DNA of 64,000 bases from positions 97,092,001 through 97,156,000 of the forward strand of contig OZ320315.1 of assembly GCA_976226885.1 (NCBI GenBank), given 5' to 3'. The notes under the pieces are model-generated. The model was not told where the DNA came from. It searched no databases and was given only the letters and a program-made list of their open reading frames with translations. A program made the position numbers and the translations under genes. Origin of the DNA: Iphione sp. A-MEVVRFRX5. Lineage: Eukaryota. Positions 1-12,657 of the stretch are shown here, piece by piece; position 1 is the stretch's first letter, and each line of letters opens with the position of its first letter.

Positions 1-664
1 TGGCAACAATGGTTGTCTTTGCTGTCAAAGAGCTGGCCCTGTCTTCCAACGTGTGGTGCCGATTCGACCACTGCGTGGCAGATGAGTCTCCCTTTCCTTC
101 TCTCTGCAGGTCCTACTCCTGTTCTGGTCTCTGGTTGGGATCTCCTTTGCTTTTGCATTTAGAGTTGTCTGACCCTTAGGCTTCAGGGCGGTTGGGATGG
201 TAGGGCCATTCTTGGGCTCAGGAGTGGCAGTGACATCCAGGGGGGGATGTGGGGGGGGAGTTGGGTGCTCACTGAGCTCCTGCTTCTTGTGATCATCTTG
301 ATGGATGTCAACTGCACATGACCTGAAATACCTGAGGAGCCCAGAAGAGAATGCCTAGCCAAGTCACCTGCAGGAGGTATCTTAACTTTGCAGAGGATAA
401 CTGTACTGCCTACAGAGTTTCCTATATTCATATTTTGATTATTTCTTAGTCTCATGATGAGTGTTTGTATCATATTGCTTTGATTTGCGTTTATAAATTA
501 GGAGAAATCAATGAGTGTCCCTTCTAATGAAGTGGTCTTTTGGGGGAATGTTGTCAACTGAAGTACTGACTGTGAAGCCTCCTATGTCAAAAATAGTGTC
601 TTCCATCATTTCAGATTTATTTCATCGAGGTTCGTAAAATTAAGCATATTGCTTCTGTAATTGA

Positions 665-1025
665 TAAGAAAACCTCCTCCTGTAACCTCTGCGATTGTAC
701 CTGCCCCTGCCCCTGCCTCTGTAACGGCCTGAATAGCCCCTGGCAGGGAACTGAGGTTGGCACCTGACAAAACCCCATGAGGCGAGTCATAGTCTCCGGA
801 GATTCGATGTCTCTAAACTGTCCCCAAAAAGCATCATAGCTAATGCAGGAGCGTCTGGAGACACCAATCTTTTGTGTTCAGGGGCAAGAAAGGGTTTAAT
901 GTCATCTCTCGGCATTTTTATAAAGTAAGAATCAATGAGACCCAAGACAAAACCAAGGACATTATGGTACATATGGTACAACCCTTTCCAGATCTGTAAC
1001 AGCGATACAAGATGCTGGGTGTTAA
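665..1025 (-). pseudogene. DIRS-type gag (ORF1) C-terminal fragment
   Basis: ORF 787..1077 from FNTQ onward reads ...FIKMPRDDIKPFLAPEHKRLVSPDAPALAMMLFGDSLE (RRxxIKPxL...LFGDxL motif of DIRS gag). It is followed by an RG-rich tail GRYRGRGRGRYNRRGYRRR (my translation, ~670-730). The same motif occurs at 58417..58743. Confidence 0.7.
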
Positions 1026-1521
1026 AGAGGTCATCTACGGTAGGTAAAACGTGTGTGAGAGATACCATTGACAACATTTTTCTGAATGTAACTTTTCACG
1101 TCATACACCTCTGCATACGACAGATCAACAATTACCCTTTTGGTGCCATCACTCTTGTCCCTGGTCATGAGGGGGGCACTACAGACCACGGGGAAAACGG
1201 AGGTATGACAAACTGTGGATGGCGCGAGCCATAGGGGTGGTTGTCGAGTTGCCCCCCCTCCCAGCAGTAGGGGGGCTTGCGTACTGCATAGAAAAGCCGA
1301 ACTCTCTGCCGTTGAGGACTAGCTCATCATCAGGATGTCTTGTAGCAATTGCTCACCAGAAGGGGAGTGAAAGGGTCAAGGGGGATCTGGGCACTGCAGG
1401 CATTGTTGACGCCACGAACCTCGACTGCATCATACAGGTACTGAAGGTGAGGCTGGGCGAGCGGTGTTAGATGTGGCCACACATAAGCCCTACGGTTACA
1501 GAGAGCATCGCTGTACACCAC
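1025..1521 (-). pseudogene. Ngaro-type reverse transcriptase, N-terminal part
   Basis: YLYDAVEVRGVNNACSAQIPL (ORF 1330..1521), then in shifting frames LVLNGREFGFSMQY, DNHP, PFSPWSVVPPLMTRDKSDGTKRVIVDLSY and HVLPTVDDL; parallels 61549-62382. Confidence 0.85.
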
Positions 1522-2481
1522 GACAGGTGGCTGCTCCCTGAAATTAGAAAAGAAAATGGGGGAAAGGCCGGCTGTGTCGGGGGAGGTCTGGTGTACTACA
1601 ACCCGACGTGAGTAGTGATGGAGGGGGGCTGGGCTGTTGGCGGGGCTGTTGGGGCAACAACAGCCCCGCTGTCGTTGATGGAATTGGGATAGATGCCAGG
1701 TCTGGGTGAGGTGTTATGGTATGGGCCCCTACCCCCGCTCATCAATGGTTGGGCGGGGGCCCAAGCTCCTGGACTTGTTGTGGAGGTTCGGCTGTAGGTG
1801 CAGAGCCGGTGGGACAAATGACTGCAGACTTGCACCAGCTGGATATGCAGTACCGACCTGTTGTAGCGGGGTAGAGTGCACATGCGCTGCCGAGAGTTAG
1901 TTACAGTTGCAGGGTGACGTATTGACGACGTTGGGGCTTCACCTATAAGGCAGCCCAATGCTGGAACGCAGCAGCGTGTGCAGTGTACCGAGGTGCACGT
2001 GCACTCACCCCCTCTCGCCAGGGTTACAGTGGGCTGGGATTCCCACCGGTGTGCTGCGCGTAGTCTTTGCCAGCCGAGGCTGGACTTGATGTGGTGGGTA
2101 CTCACTCGGATGGTCGAGGATTGCTGGCGTTGATCAGTACTTTCGGAAGCCTGCACACAACAACAAAACGGTTGTCCTCAGGGCCCCCCCCCCCCGGACT
2201 ATATTTAACGTCGGGCCGGGGGAAGAACGACGGCGGGCAAGCCCAGATGTGGCCGGGAGAGACGTAACGATGATTGACAGGTGTCAGCGCAGTGTGAGTG
2301 GATGTGCAACCAGGCGTGACGAGTGTACGAGCACCCGTCACTCGCCCACCAGTCCAGTGCAACAGTGGTTGGGCCGACCACCGGCGTCTGGTTACACGAA
2401 AATTTGCTTCAACCGGTGGGGGGACACCACCGGGAAGTCTTCTGAATTGTACATGACCAAAGTAACATGTCTGCCACCACA

Positions 2482-2647
2482 ACATTCATGTCACTCACCC
2501 CCCAGTACCAGGGTTACAGCAGGTGGGCATGTCTGCCGGTGTAGGTCAGTACGGTTGTATAGTCAGTAGTGACACGTCTGTTTTCACATTCATGTCACTC
2601 ACCCCCCAGTACCAGGGTTACAGTAGGTGGGCAGGCCTGCCGGTGTA
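2482..2647. repeat. 62-bp direct repeat, 2 copies (2482-2543, 2586-2647), partial third copy near 2002-2030
   Basis: acattcatgtcactcaccccccagtaccagggttacagYaggtgggcaKgYctgccggtgta read directly twice, 104 bp apart. Confidence 0.9.
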
Positions 2648-3099
2648 CTGAACTATACGTGCAACAACGTAAATGTTCATGAGTTAGGGGTCACTACTCC
2701 CTTCCTCAGAACTGGCACCACTCAGTTTGGGTTACAGGCTGGTCAGACCATCGGCCCTGCCTATACGTTGTGCACAAGTAAGGATAGGGTTCCACTCACA
2801 CTAACACTAGACACCTACCTCTCAAAGCACGTCTGCTCCCTTCCAAGCCTGGGACCGTCCTGATGCCGAGAGGCAACTGAGGCCCCTTTATATACAGTGG
2901 CAGCCTGCCATGCAACAGCATCATGCCACCCCCATGGCTCAGCGGAGTGAGAAGGAGAGGTGGTTGAGCATAGGCTGATGGTCCGTGGTCGCTGACAAAT
3001 GGGGACTAGGGACTAGGGCTTGGGGAGTGGTGGCTCGACCTGCTGTCTAGTGCCTATTTCCTCGTAGCGGCAGGTCGTTGCTAATGAGTAGAGTTCTCA

Positions 3100-4265
3100 G
3101 GCTTATTGGTTTTCTTCTGCCTCTGCTGGTCAGGAGAGCGCTGGCGTGGAGGACGCTGCTGATCATCTCGTTTCACCATCTTTTGCTATCTCACACAGGC
3201 GTGGGCCACATGCTGGCACTCACGATTACCGATGCCATACCAGCATACGGCACACTTGTGGTGAAAGGTCATTCCTGCGTTGCCGTGCTGATCATGTTGG
3301 TCACACGTTGAGGAATTATACCACTGGCACAGCTATTGTCTTTGCTCATAGGACAAGGTGCCCCTAACAACTGAGAGTTGCATGTGTAGGGCCTAGATCC
3401 TCGCGGAGTCCTTCCACCTAAATGCCCCCTGTCTCTATACGTTCGTCGAGAAGCATAGACCTGTTACGACCATGAGGCCACCTCATCACAGCTGTATCCT
3501 CACATATATCGGCAATATGTCCCACTAGGGATGCGGCCTGAGACGTTGGGCGCAACTTCGTTGCAGCATGCATGCTCAATTCATAGACATACGCAGTAAG
3601 AGGGTCAGAGGCTGGCCTGTCCTCGATAGACTGCATCACATCAAATGGGACTGACATAAACAGCCTGCAGTAACGAACGAATGACCTCTTGATAGGGTCA
3701 TAAAATGGCTTACTGGCCGAATGTTTGAAGGGAACTATCCCAATCAGGACGGCATGTATTCTGGGTGAGCTGATCACCTACTTAATGCGTCGTCTGGGTG
3801 GAGAATCCTGGACGGGGCCTCTGTCTGCTCGCTGTCAGAGTCAGTGACGACAGTATGGCGCAGGCGTCCACGTGCTGAGGTGCATGGTTCTCGGGCTAGA
3901 CGAAGGCGAACGGCGAAGAGGGCCTATACATAGCTATGAACCCTCTGCCTGTTCTTCTTATGGTGTTTCTTAGGCCTTGTCAATTGTGTGCACAGGTCAT
4001 TGATGGTTTCTTCCATCCGCCCAAGACGGGCTGCAAGGTTTCGCACCGAATGCTGTGTAGCATCGGGACTTTGTGACTGTGAATAAACGATTGGCGAGGT
4101 GAGTTGATCTGACAATCCTGACATCTCAGACACAAAATATCGAAGTGAGTGAGTGGCAGTAGTCGTAGTAGAAGTACGGGTTCGGGCCCCGAAGGGGCCC
4201 AGGTGCTTCGCCCAGCAAGAGGTTTCCGGGCATGGAGTAGAGTGTCTCAGTTCAGTGCAGTGCAC
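3100..4265 (-). pseudogene. Ngaro-type gag with Cys/His cluster
   Basis: IADICEDTAVMRWPHGRNRSMLLDERIETG (ORF 3418..3777) and YNSSTCDQHDQHGNAGMTFHHKCAVCWYGIGNRECQHVAHAC (my translation, ~3190-3330) match the gag at 62937..63479 (ICEDATNGDWPAVRNWS; YNSSTCSEHDGH...HRCAVCWYG). Confidence 0.75.
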
Positions 4266-4276
4266 TATTAGAGAGG

Positions 4277-4322
4277 TTTGATTTGATTTGGAAAATGTTT
4301 ATTGAGGTGAAATATCACCCTC
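4277..4322 (-). terminator. LINE 3' end: stem-loop, AATAAA, (CAAAT)n tail
   Basis: Minus strand reads gagggtgatatttcacctc-aataaa-cattttc-caaatcaaatcaaa. Confidence 0.8.
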
Positions 4323-4745
4323 CAATGATGCTTTTCAACAACAACTCAGTGAAGTAGACACGGTACATCAGTAAGGTTGACAGTGCGTCAATATCTATGT
4401 TATGACAGAAATTGTATAAGTTTTAGGCTTAACATACAACTTACAGCTCATAATGTACTCCTATTAAACAATTCTTCATCAATCATATGCTAAATTTCAC
4501 TAATACGATTTCTCTATTATCTCAGTACATTCAATGTTTATAATGTACTCTAACCGGTCTTTTCCTTCCTCTAGATACAGAATTTAGCCGCTTAATTTTA
4601 AGTTCAATTGAACGTATGAAAGTTAAACCATCATCAATCATATACCCCAGAAACTTAAATCTTTCCACATGTTCTAGCAATCTCCCTCTGAGATACACAT
4701 CAAGATCAAAATTGCAGGCCTTTCCTAGCATCATATACTTACATT
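4277..4745 (-). mobile_element. 5'-truncated CR1/L2-group LINE 3' fragment
   Basis: Post-RT region MLGKACNFDLDVYLRGRLLEHVERFKFLGYMIDDGLTF (4531..4734); minus-strand AATAAA followed by (CAAAT)3 tail at 4277-4303. Confidence 0.8.
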
Positions 4746-5439
4746 TATCAGTGTCGAATTGAATTGAATTGAATTCTTTTATTGAGCGTCTCCGAGTGTA
4801 CAGAGCTGTTCTTGCACAATATGAGTAGTAAATGAGCTGACACAGGTATTGAAACAGTTAGAAAATTGCAGCAGTCAGTGGCATAACCAGTTATCAATTG
4901 ACCCAGAGGCAATACATAAGCACATGTCTTGGTATCAACAATTGACACGATATCAGCAATGCTGAGTAATGGACGCTAATGAGTTAATGTATCACAGCCG
5001 GCGTCAATATACATCTTAAGCTTCATTAACCGAATTAAATAAAGAGATACATTGATTACAAAAGTTACATAAGTTACATAAGTTGGCCATGAGCAATCCA
5101 CATGCAAGAAGACCCTATGCTCTCCAAGACACAGCTGTGGCTCCTGGCGACACAAAGCCTCCCTATAATAACACATCCCAGTACAGTAACTGTTTCAGAA
5201 GGCTCATAACTTGATCATGACTATGCCCCACTACCCTCTCAGCGTGTCACACAATTACCTTCATTCACATAACACAATTAACCTATCACATTCAGCACAA
5301 TATCATCCATCATTGTCATATCTCTTCTTGAACCATACCGCACCATAGGTGCAATCTGTCATTCACGACATGACATGTTCATTCATGACATGTTAAGATG
5401 GAGTTTCCAGGGTGCCTACTGATACTGGCCACAGGCAGC

Positions 5440-7737
5440 TCACGGCAGTCTCTTAGACTGTTTGAGGTTTGGCGGTAGACCATTCCACCTACGAGCACCC
5501 TGGTATCCCAGTGACTTGGCGAAAGCATCTGTCCTAGGCTTCCTCAACCTCACTCTAGGACTTACACTTGAACGAGTGCGCGTTTTCCCTTCCAGTGGGA
5601 AGTGACCCACTGTCACTAGCCTGTGGACAGCACAAAGACCCCGGTAACGGATAGTATCATCCACCGTTGCTATCTGCAGTAGGTCCCTTAGGCGGGATGC
5701 ACTCAAGAAATCTCCAACCTGCATGGCCATTCAGCAGCATCGATTCATATGCACCTGAAGATCTCGGAGTATGCTTCGTTTACATCCATAGTAGATCGCT
5801 GCATTATAGTGCAAGTGGCTCAATACCAGTGCTTTGTACAGTACTGCCCTTGCCCAGAAGGGAAGCACCCTCTTTGCTCTCGCAAGCATAGCCGCAATAC
5901 CCCAGGTTTTTGCCTGTTAAGAACTAGCTTGCACCATTCTTCAATTCGAGACAGTGATAGTTGTGTTTTCCGAGATAATGCCAAGGCACTACTGCCCCAA
6001 GTCACTATCGTAATATCGTCAGCGTACATATATACTCTATTCCACATCTTCCTAGTCACTAAGCGATGATTAATCAGGTCAAAGGCTTTACTCATGTCCA
6101 AAAAGGCACATGAGGCATGGCGGCCATAGTTAATGTCAGCCAGGACACCCTTTAGGAACATTGAGCATGCGACCGAGGTACCTCTCCCTTCTACAAAACT
6201 GTATTGGTGTTTTGAGAATATTTTGTTCTTCAAAGTGAATTTATTCAATTGGTCTATCACTATGCAGCAATTGGCAGGATACTAACTGGCTTATAATTCT
6301 TCGGGTCCAATGGCGAACCTCTCCTTAACAATGGAGTTATGGTAGCTAATTTCCAGGCCTGGGGGAAAATTGCTTCCCTCAGACACATGTTGATCAAATT
6401 TGTAAACCATGGTAGCATAACATTGAGCGCATCTTAATATTTGCATCGATAATCTTATTATACCGCTCGGTTTGGTTATCTTTGTGATCGAATTACCTTG
6501 CTTACAGCTTTACAAGTAAATGCATCAAAATTGTTCATAGGTTCATAATCATTTGCCATAATTTTAGCTGGGACATTGATGTTTAGATTAGCAGCCGGTT
6601 TAGTTACTGAGTCGAGGAAGTTTCTATTTAATGTTTCCGCTACATCATTCTTCTGTATGTCAGCCCTGTTCATTCTCAGAGCTATTTCTTTGTATTCTTT
6701 ATTCTTCCCGAAGACCATATAATTTAAGTTACCCCATAGTTTACTTTGGTTAGTCAAACTGTTTTCTATTTTTGTTCTGTTATGGTTTCGTTTGATGAAC
6801 CTTATTTCTTTGTTGTACAGATTACGAAAGAAACAGTATATCCTCTTATCGTCAGTATCTCTTGTGCGATAATATTTACGTCTGTAATAGTCCCTTTCAC
6901 ATCTCTTCTCACCTTTTTTAGTGACCACGGGGCTATACTATCAACTGCATTTATCAATTTATTACTGAACGTGTCCCATTGGTCATCTACATTCATATTA
7001 CCAAGATCCCAGTCATTTCCGTCCAATTTTGTTTTCAAATTTATGTACGAATAGTTACGGTAGGACCGAGCCCATATTGACTCCTCCGTAACTTTTGGCC
7101 GCTGATGTTTAATGTCAACTACTAACGGTACCTGGTCACTACCCCCATACTTGAACACCATTGCGTCCCTAACTGTTAAATCATTAGTTAAAAAACGATC
7201 TGGAGTTATCAGTTGTATAAGACCAAGGCCGCTTGCCCACGATTTTTAGCGTTGAAGCTCACGACTTTTCTTCAACCAATTCAAAGTAATATCTCCCATA
7301 ATATTAATTAATGGTTGGCTTCTGCTACGTAGTTGCTCTACTGATTTCTCCAACTTGGAGAGGAGTAGTTCTAGCCGAGATGCCGGTCTGCGATATACCA
7401 CAAAGTTGTATCTATTCTGACGCATTCCTACCTTTGTCCTACAACATACGTCTGCTGTCTGATCCGAATATTCAGGCAAAAGGTCATACTCACAGCTAGA
7501 TTTAACATATATCCCTACTCCTCCACCAGTTTTTTTGCCCGTCGCACCCCTCTCCATATCTACCCGGAGGAAGTCATACCCACGAGTGGCTACGAGTCCT
7601 GTTGGAATATACAGGCTTAACCAGCTCTCTGTAATTCCCAGAATATCAATTTTCTTATCTAATAGTAATAAGCTCACCTGATCTACTTTCCCAAGCAGAC
7701 TCCTTACATTCCAAACCCCAAACCGTAAGACTGTCAT
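5440..7737 (-). pseudogene. LINE ORF2 (APE endonuclease + RT), frameshifted and internally deleted
   Basis: APE: WNVRSL, ITESWL, GGGVGIY, VYRRP, MGD (7246..7737). RT: QYSFVEGRGT, FLDMSKAFD, YADD (5820..6260) with the GVPQGS segment missing. C-terminus KPRT...SLGYQGARRWNGLP. Confidence 0.9.
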
Positions 7738-7786
7738 GTATGTGGGTAGACTGTTTTATTTTAAAGAGACCTAAAATAAAACAGAC

Positions 7787-8330
7787 CTAGGCGTTACCTT
7801 TCTCCTTTGAGTTGCCCCCGAGAAGATACATCGCATTGTGTTCCCGAAGCATTACCGCTGCTGCAGCCTGGAAGTGAAGCCCCCAAATCGCTGCAGTCTC
7901 ATCTGTTGCATGGCATCCATCTCTCAGAAGTGAGTACCTTGATTTCAGCCTAGCTGCACAAATCCTATGTACGGGCCCATCAGTACCTGGTGTATATACT
8001 GAATGTTTTTGATTAAAGTCCCTAAAATCATGTTCATATTATAGACACATCTGTTTACACATGACTGGAAACGATTATCAAATGTACCAGGGCTATATCT
8101 CTTTAGATCGATCCCTGTAACTGGTGCAAATCCAAGTGGAACTTTTTCTAATATAGAGCGCAGTCTCACCTCAAACAGGGTAATAAATGCTTGTAACCAT
8201 AGAGTAAAAACTGTTGCATCATCATGCTGAGGAAATAATTCCCCAGTAGTTCTCACCTTCCTTATATATGTCAGTTGGGAACATGCCAGTATATGTACGC
8301 TCAAAATAAATTGTCACTATGCTCTACACA
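7787..8330 (-). pseudogene. SGNH/GDSL esterase ORF (family A), N-terminus missing
   Basis: ORF 7945..8304 (TLWLQAF...VPLGFAPVTGIDL), then LRDGCHATDETAAIW (block V DxxH); aligns with 45303-45896. Confidence 0.75.
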
Positions 8331-8499
8331 ATGTATGGAAACATGCTGTTACATACTTATCTTTCACATAGTTCCATAGCTGTGCGAGTGCTCTCTCCAT
8401 GCAGTTCAAAGCGGACGTCACCCATTGGCGTCAAAGGTGACACCCGTCACGCAGGCACACATACCGGTGGCGCCAATGACCATTATTTCTAGAGTGAAT

Positions 8500-9000
8500 C
8501 AGAGACATTGTGCAGGGAAATGGCACATTGTTGTGTAGATTGATGTGCACTATGAGACAATTTAGTTGCACGATCGCCTTTGAATGTGTATTGCCACTCC
8601 TCCCCGGTTCATATACCCATTCAGGCGATGGTTCAATGTTGAGTAATCAGAGCTGAAAATAGTAGATATTATCACATAGCTACCTGGGAAAGTATTCCTT
8701 AATAGATCTATCACCTCTGTATATTGCGCATCTATGTTGGATACTGCTTCTTCTACACTGTAGTGCCTTGGGGTCACATTCCTATTGTGTTGGCCCTCTA
8801 CACGCATTCGGTGCATGCTGGTCACATCATTCCAATCGGTCCATAGTATTATCGCCCAGGGACATGGTCCTCAATAGTTGATACATCCCCGCTGCGATAT
8901 ATCACATATATGTCCTCCAGGATAGAACAGTATCCTCGCATCCCATCGATTGTCTGTGAATAAATGGCATATGCCTCTGCCATGGCTACTGGTGAGCATC
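8500..9000 (-). pseudogene. SGNH esterase ORF (family D-like), degenerate
   Basis: TSSHGRG and ILFYPGG (my translation, ~8900-9000) and VIISTIFSSDYSTLNHRLNGY (8562..8825) align with the intact ORF 23584..24276. Confidence 0.8.
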
Positions 9001-9303
9001 AAGACCGGTCGTCTCATGGTCAGTCCATTCTCCTACTGACCCACAGCGTTTGAATGCGATTGTAACTGTTCATTGCCTCACAATCATAGGTTGAATTGAA
9101 TTGAATTGAATTTTATTGTCACAGAAAATAACATCTCCTAATATTGGAGCTCTTCAGAACTGGACAACTAGTGCATACAGTCAATGTGTCTTCACATACA
9201 GTAACATAATACATTGTATACTTTCTACATTGTGAAATGTATTACATGTCTTTCGATAAGGCATTCAGTAAATTACAGAAGTTTTTCATGGATTTGCAGT
9301 TTC

Positions 9304-11960
9304 TTAGAGAGAGTGGCAGCTCGTTCCACCACGTTGCACCAACTTCAAATAAAGATCTTCGAAAATACTGTGTTTTGACTTATACATGCATATTTTCGTA
9401 TTAGTGCTAGATCTGGTTTTGGTTTTTGCTCTTAATGATATTTTGTCAGATAGTACTAGGAGGTGGATCAGTTGTAAGGTGGATACTGTAATACGCCGTT
9501 CAAGTTTGTCTATGTCATAGACGAGTAGTGGGTTCTGTTTGTTTCCAGTCAGATTCTTACACATCATTACCCTAGCACATTTGTTGTAGTTCCTTTGTAG
9601 TTTGTTGAGATATTGTTTTTTAACACCACAGAGTAATGGGGATAGGTAATCTACGAAAGGGTATATATACAGTTTGTATAGTGTAGTCATCAATTGTGTC
9701 GGTATATATCTCTTTATTTTCCAAGTCTATATGCAGAGTACCACATTTTGCTTATTGTGTCATTTATAGTTTCTTTCCATGTCAGTTTTTTGTTCAAAAT
9801 GTAACCTAGAATTTTGATACTTCCCTGCCGCTTTATGGAATGCCCCTGATACGTAATGATATTCAAATTATCAGAGATATTTCCGATGGTACAGAAGGTG
9901 CTCTTTTCATGACTTAGTAGTAGGTTGTTTTTGTTACACCAGTCTACAGTATGGGCATGTGCTTTCAAAAGGTTTTCTCTAAGTTCCCCTTCGTTTTTTC
10001 CACTAACCACGAATGTAATGTCATCTGCATATAGGGTGATTTGAGTTTTTGGTGGGATGTTATCAACAATGTCATTGATGCACATGGCAAATCCCAGAGG
10101 CCCCATGGTACTTCCTTGTGGAATACCATGGGACTGGGGTAGTATCTTAGACCATTTACCATTTACATGTACATACTGTTTCTGTTGGTGGAAATATTCA
10201 TCAACAAGTGAAGTTATACTGTTTGCTGCCCCTTCCTTTTCAAGAATTTTGACCTTGGTTAGGTCAAAGGCAATTACAGCCGTGAGCTGTCCTGTCTCAA
10301 TGCTGTCAAGAATATTTTTAATAATTTCAGTAATGGCTGTTTTGGTAGATCGGTTCGGAAGGAAGCCATTGATTCACCGACCAAAAGTTGATCCTAAATA
10401 AATCATTAGTTAGCTGTTTACACAGCAACTGCTCAAATAATTTGCCTGGCAGAGGCAAGTTACTGATGGGCCTGTAGTTTGGAATTTTCTCCCGTTCTCC
10501 CTTCTTAAATATCGGTACCGCTCTTGCTAGTTTCCAGTCATCAACATATTTACCTTGACTCAGGATATCATTGAACAAAGTTGTGAGTTCAGGAATTAGC
10601 ATAGTCAGAGAATCTTTCAGTAGTCTAGTGGTTATATCGGGAATCTTGCTAGATTTAGTAAGGTTGATTCTGCTTACCACTTTGGTTACATCTTGCATAC
10701 TAAAAGGCTTAATGCAGATATTGTCATTTCCCATACGCCTTTTGAGGATCGTGTTGGTAGGCATTTCTTTTTTAATCTTATCTATGGTATCAATGAAATA
10801 ATTGTTGAAAGCATCAGGTATATGATCATGGCATAGTGGTACGTCTTCTAAAGTTATGAGTTCATGTAGTGTTCCCCATAATTTGGACTGGTTACCTTGA
10901 TATTGTAAGAGTTTTCTGAAATAGTACTGTTGGTAAACTATACGTACCTCTGTTTTTACCTTTTTATCCAGGTATCTATATATGTTGCATGCATCAGCGT
11001 CACCGTAATGTCTGTATTTGCGTAGAAAGTATTGTCCGTCTTTTATTAGCTCCTGCAGGCTTTTTGGTATGGGAACCTTTCTTCCTTGTTTACCACCCTC
11101 CTTTTGTTGTTTAATTCTACATGCCCCTTGTATACTCTTTTTTATTACTTCTGTAATACTATCCCAGAAATCTTTTGAATCATTTCCCCTTCTGATAGTC
11201 GCTCTAAGTTCTTGTATCTTTGATTGAAACTTACTGCTGGAGTAATTACTAGTATCATAATGTGTTGTAGTGACATAGCGACTATTTCGATACCGTGTAC
11301 CCGTCTTATAGTTCAAGCTTATTCCCAAATGATCACTATATGAGGTATCTAATATGCAAGCATAATGGAACACCTCTGTATTGGAGAAAATTAGATCATT
11401 CATTTTGTTTGTATTTACCATTGTACTTTCTTGAATCAGTTGATTGAAGCCAAGGTTACTCAAAACACTAGCTAACGATTTAAATTTACCACTCATTTCA
11501 GACCAGTCAACATTAAAATCACCTATAAGTAACATACGCATGTTGTTGTGTTTCTGCCAACTCGTAATAGTTGTCTGGAGAGAGTCAGCAAATTTGGTAA
11601 CTGAACTGTCTGGCAGCCTATATATGATCATTAGCACTACGGGCCTGAATTTTTTATACGAGACTCTGAGTGACAGAGATTCGAACACATCGTTGTTAAC
11701 AGACAGTGCATCTACTATGGTTGTGCTACAGTCGTCATTAACATAGGCTAAAATACCTCCACCTGTCGATTTTTTCAATGAGAGTCTATCTTGTCTGAAC
11801 AGTTGGTACCCCTCTAGAGAGATAGTTGCGTCAGCAGTGTGGCGGTTTAGCCAGGTTTCTGTGAAACAGTTTATAATGTAGTCACCTGTGGTAATGTCGT
11901 CATGTATGTATCTCAGCTTTTTGTAGATACTACGTACGTCATGATGGACAATGGCGATTG
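9304..11960 (-). pseudogene. LINE ORF2 (APE + RT), several frameshifts
   Basis: FTETWL (~11850); GGGILAY, IYRLP, IGDFNVD, SYSDH, NYRPISNLPLPGKLFE (10327..11778); GVPQGSTMGP and LYADD (9714..10162). Confidence 0.92.
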
Positions 11961-12029
11961 CATCTTAACACATCAGTGTATAGTAGATATACCAGAAGTA
12001 GTGTCAATAAGCAACGCAGTAGTTGTCCA

Positions 12030-12611
12030 CAAGAAAACTTTCTATCTCGTGATACCACTTACTTATCGCATCATAGTGCACCTCATCCTTGTGATTCAGT
12101 AGGTCGTCTCTGAACACAACATTGTAGCCAATGATTTCATTGACTGGGGCTGCCGTCTCTGGCGTCCTGTATCCATTCTTGTGTTCATGGATGTGATCAG
12201 ATTGTTCATGATGCATACATGTAGGTTCAGATCGAGCTGTTGTCTGGTGAAGGGGCCATCCACCTCGATGCCATGTATTGGTAGGAATACAGGCACATGG
12301 GAGTAGGGTCTGAATACCATGCTTGTGATAGTTGAGAGTGACTCCCATATGTCATATTCCAGAGCAAGTGAGGTGGTATAACGGGTTGAGAGATCATTCG
12401 CGTATTCTACCAGATCATAGAAACCGAGATAAATAAATGTAACATCATAGTCAAGTATGGGGTAGTGACTAAGTCTTTTAGCAAGGTTTACATATTTGAT
12501 TTCAGGGATAATTGTTGTCGTCCAGTTGAATCGGTTCCCTAATGTGTGCTCAACCATCCTTCCGAAATCGTTACCACGGTTGTCTGTGATGAAATTGATC
12601 CTCGTAGTCAT
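12030..12611 (-). pseudogene. SGNH-fold ORF, catalytic Ser replaced (TDNRG), one frameshift
   Basis: MTTRINFITDNRG (block I position), IYLGFYD (block III), PIHGIEVD, and NHKDEVHY (block V-like) in the shifted frame 12004..12348. Same position as SGNH ORFs of other units. Confidence 0.65.
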
Positions 12612-12657
12612 AGCGTGCCTGCAAGCAGACAGCCAACAAAAGTTTCAATATAGTTGC

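Larger units (their letters stand above)
1025..4265 (-). mobile_element. Ngaro-type (DIRS order) retrotransposon fragment: gag, spacer, N-terminal RT
   Basis: gag and RT pieces are homologous to the longer Ngaro copy at 61310-64000; no tyrosine recombinase ORF seen. Confidence 0.8.
4756..8350 (-). mobile_element. CR1/L2-group LINE, family A copy 1 (SGNH remnant, APE-RT, 3'UTR, (ATTCA)n tail)
   Basis: Ordered APE, tether, RT and C-terminal ORF pieces; (GAATT)4 at 4756-4775 next to TTTATT 4778-4783. Homologous to 43733-45896. Confidence 0.9.

Noticed and set aside
1-660. Possible LINE ORF1 N-terminal region
   Set aside because: Only compositional resemblance (S/T/P-rich) to 59565-60265; no diagnostic motif inside the window.
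2870-2900. Minus-strand TATATAAAGGGG with nearby TCAGTT as a core promoter
   Set aside because: The TATA-to-initiator spacing is about 14 nt rather than 25-30, and there is no other support.
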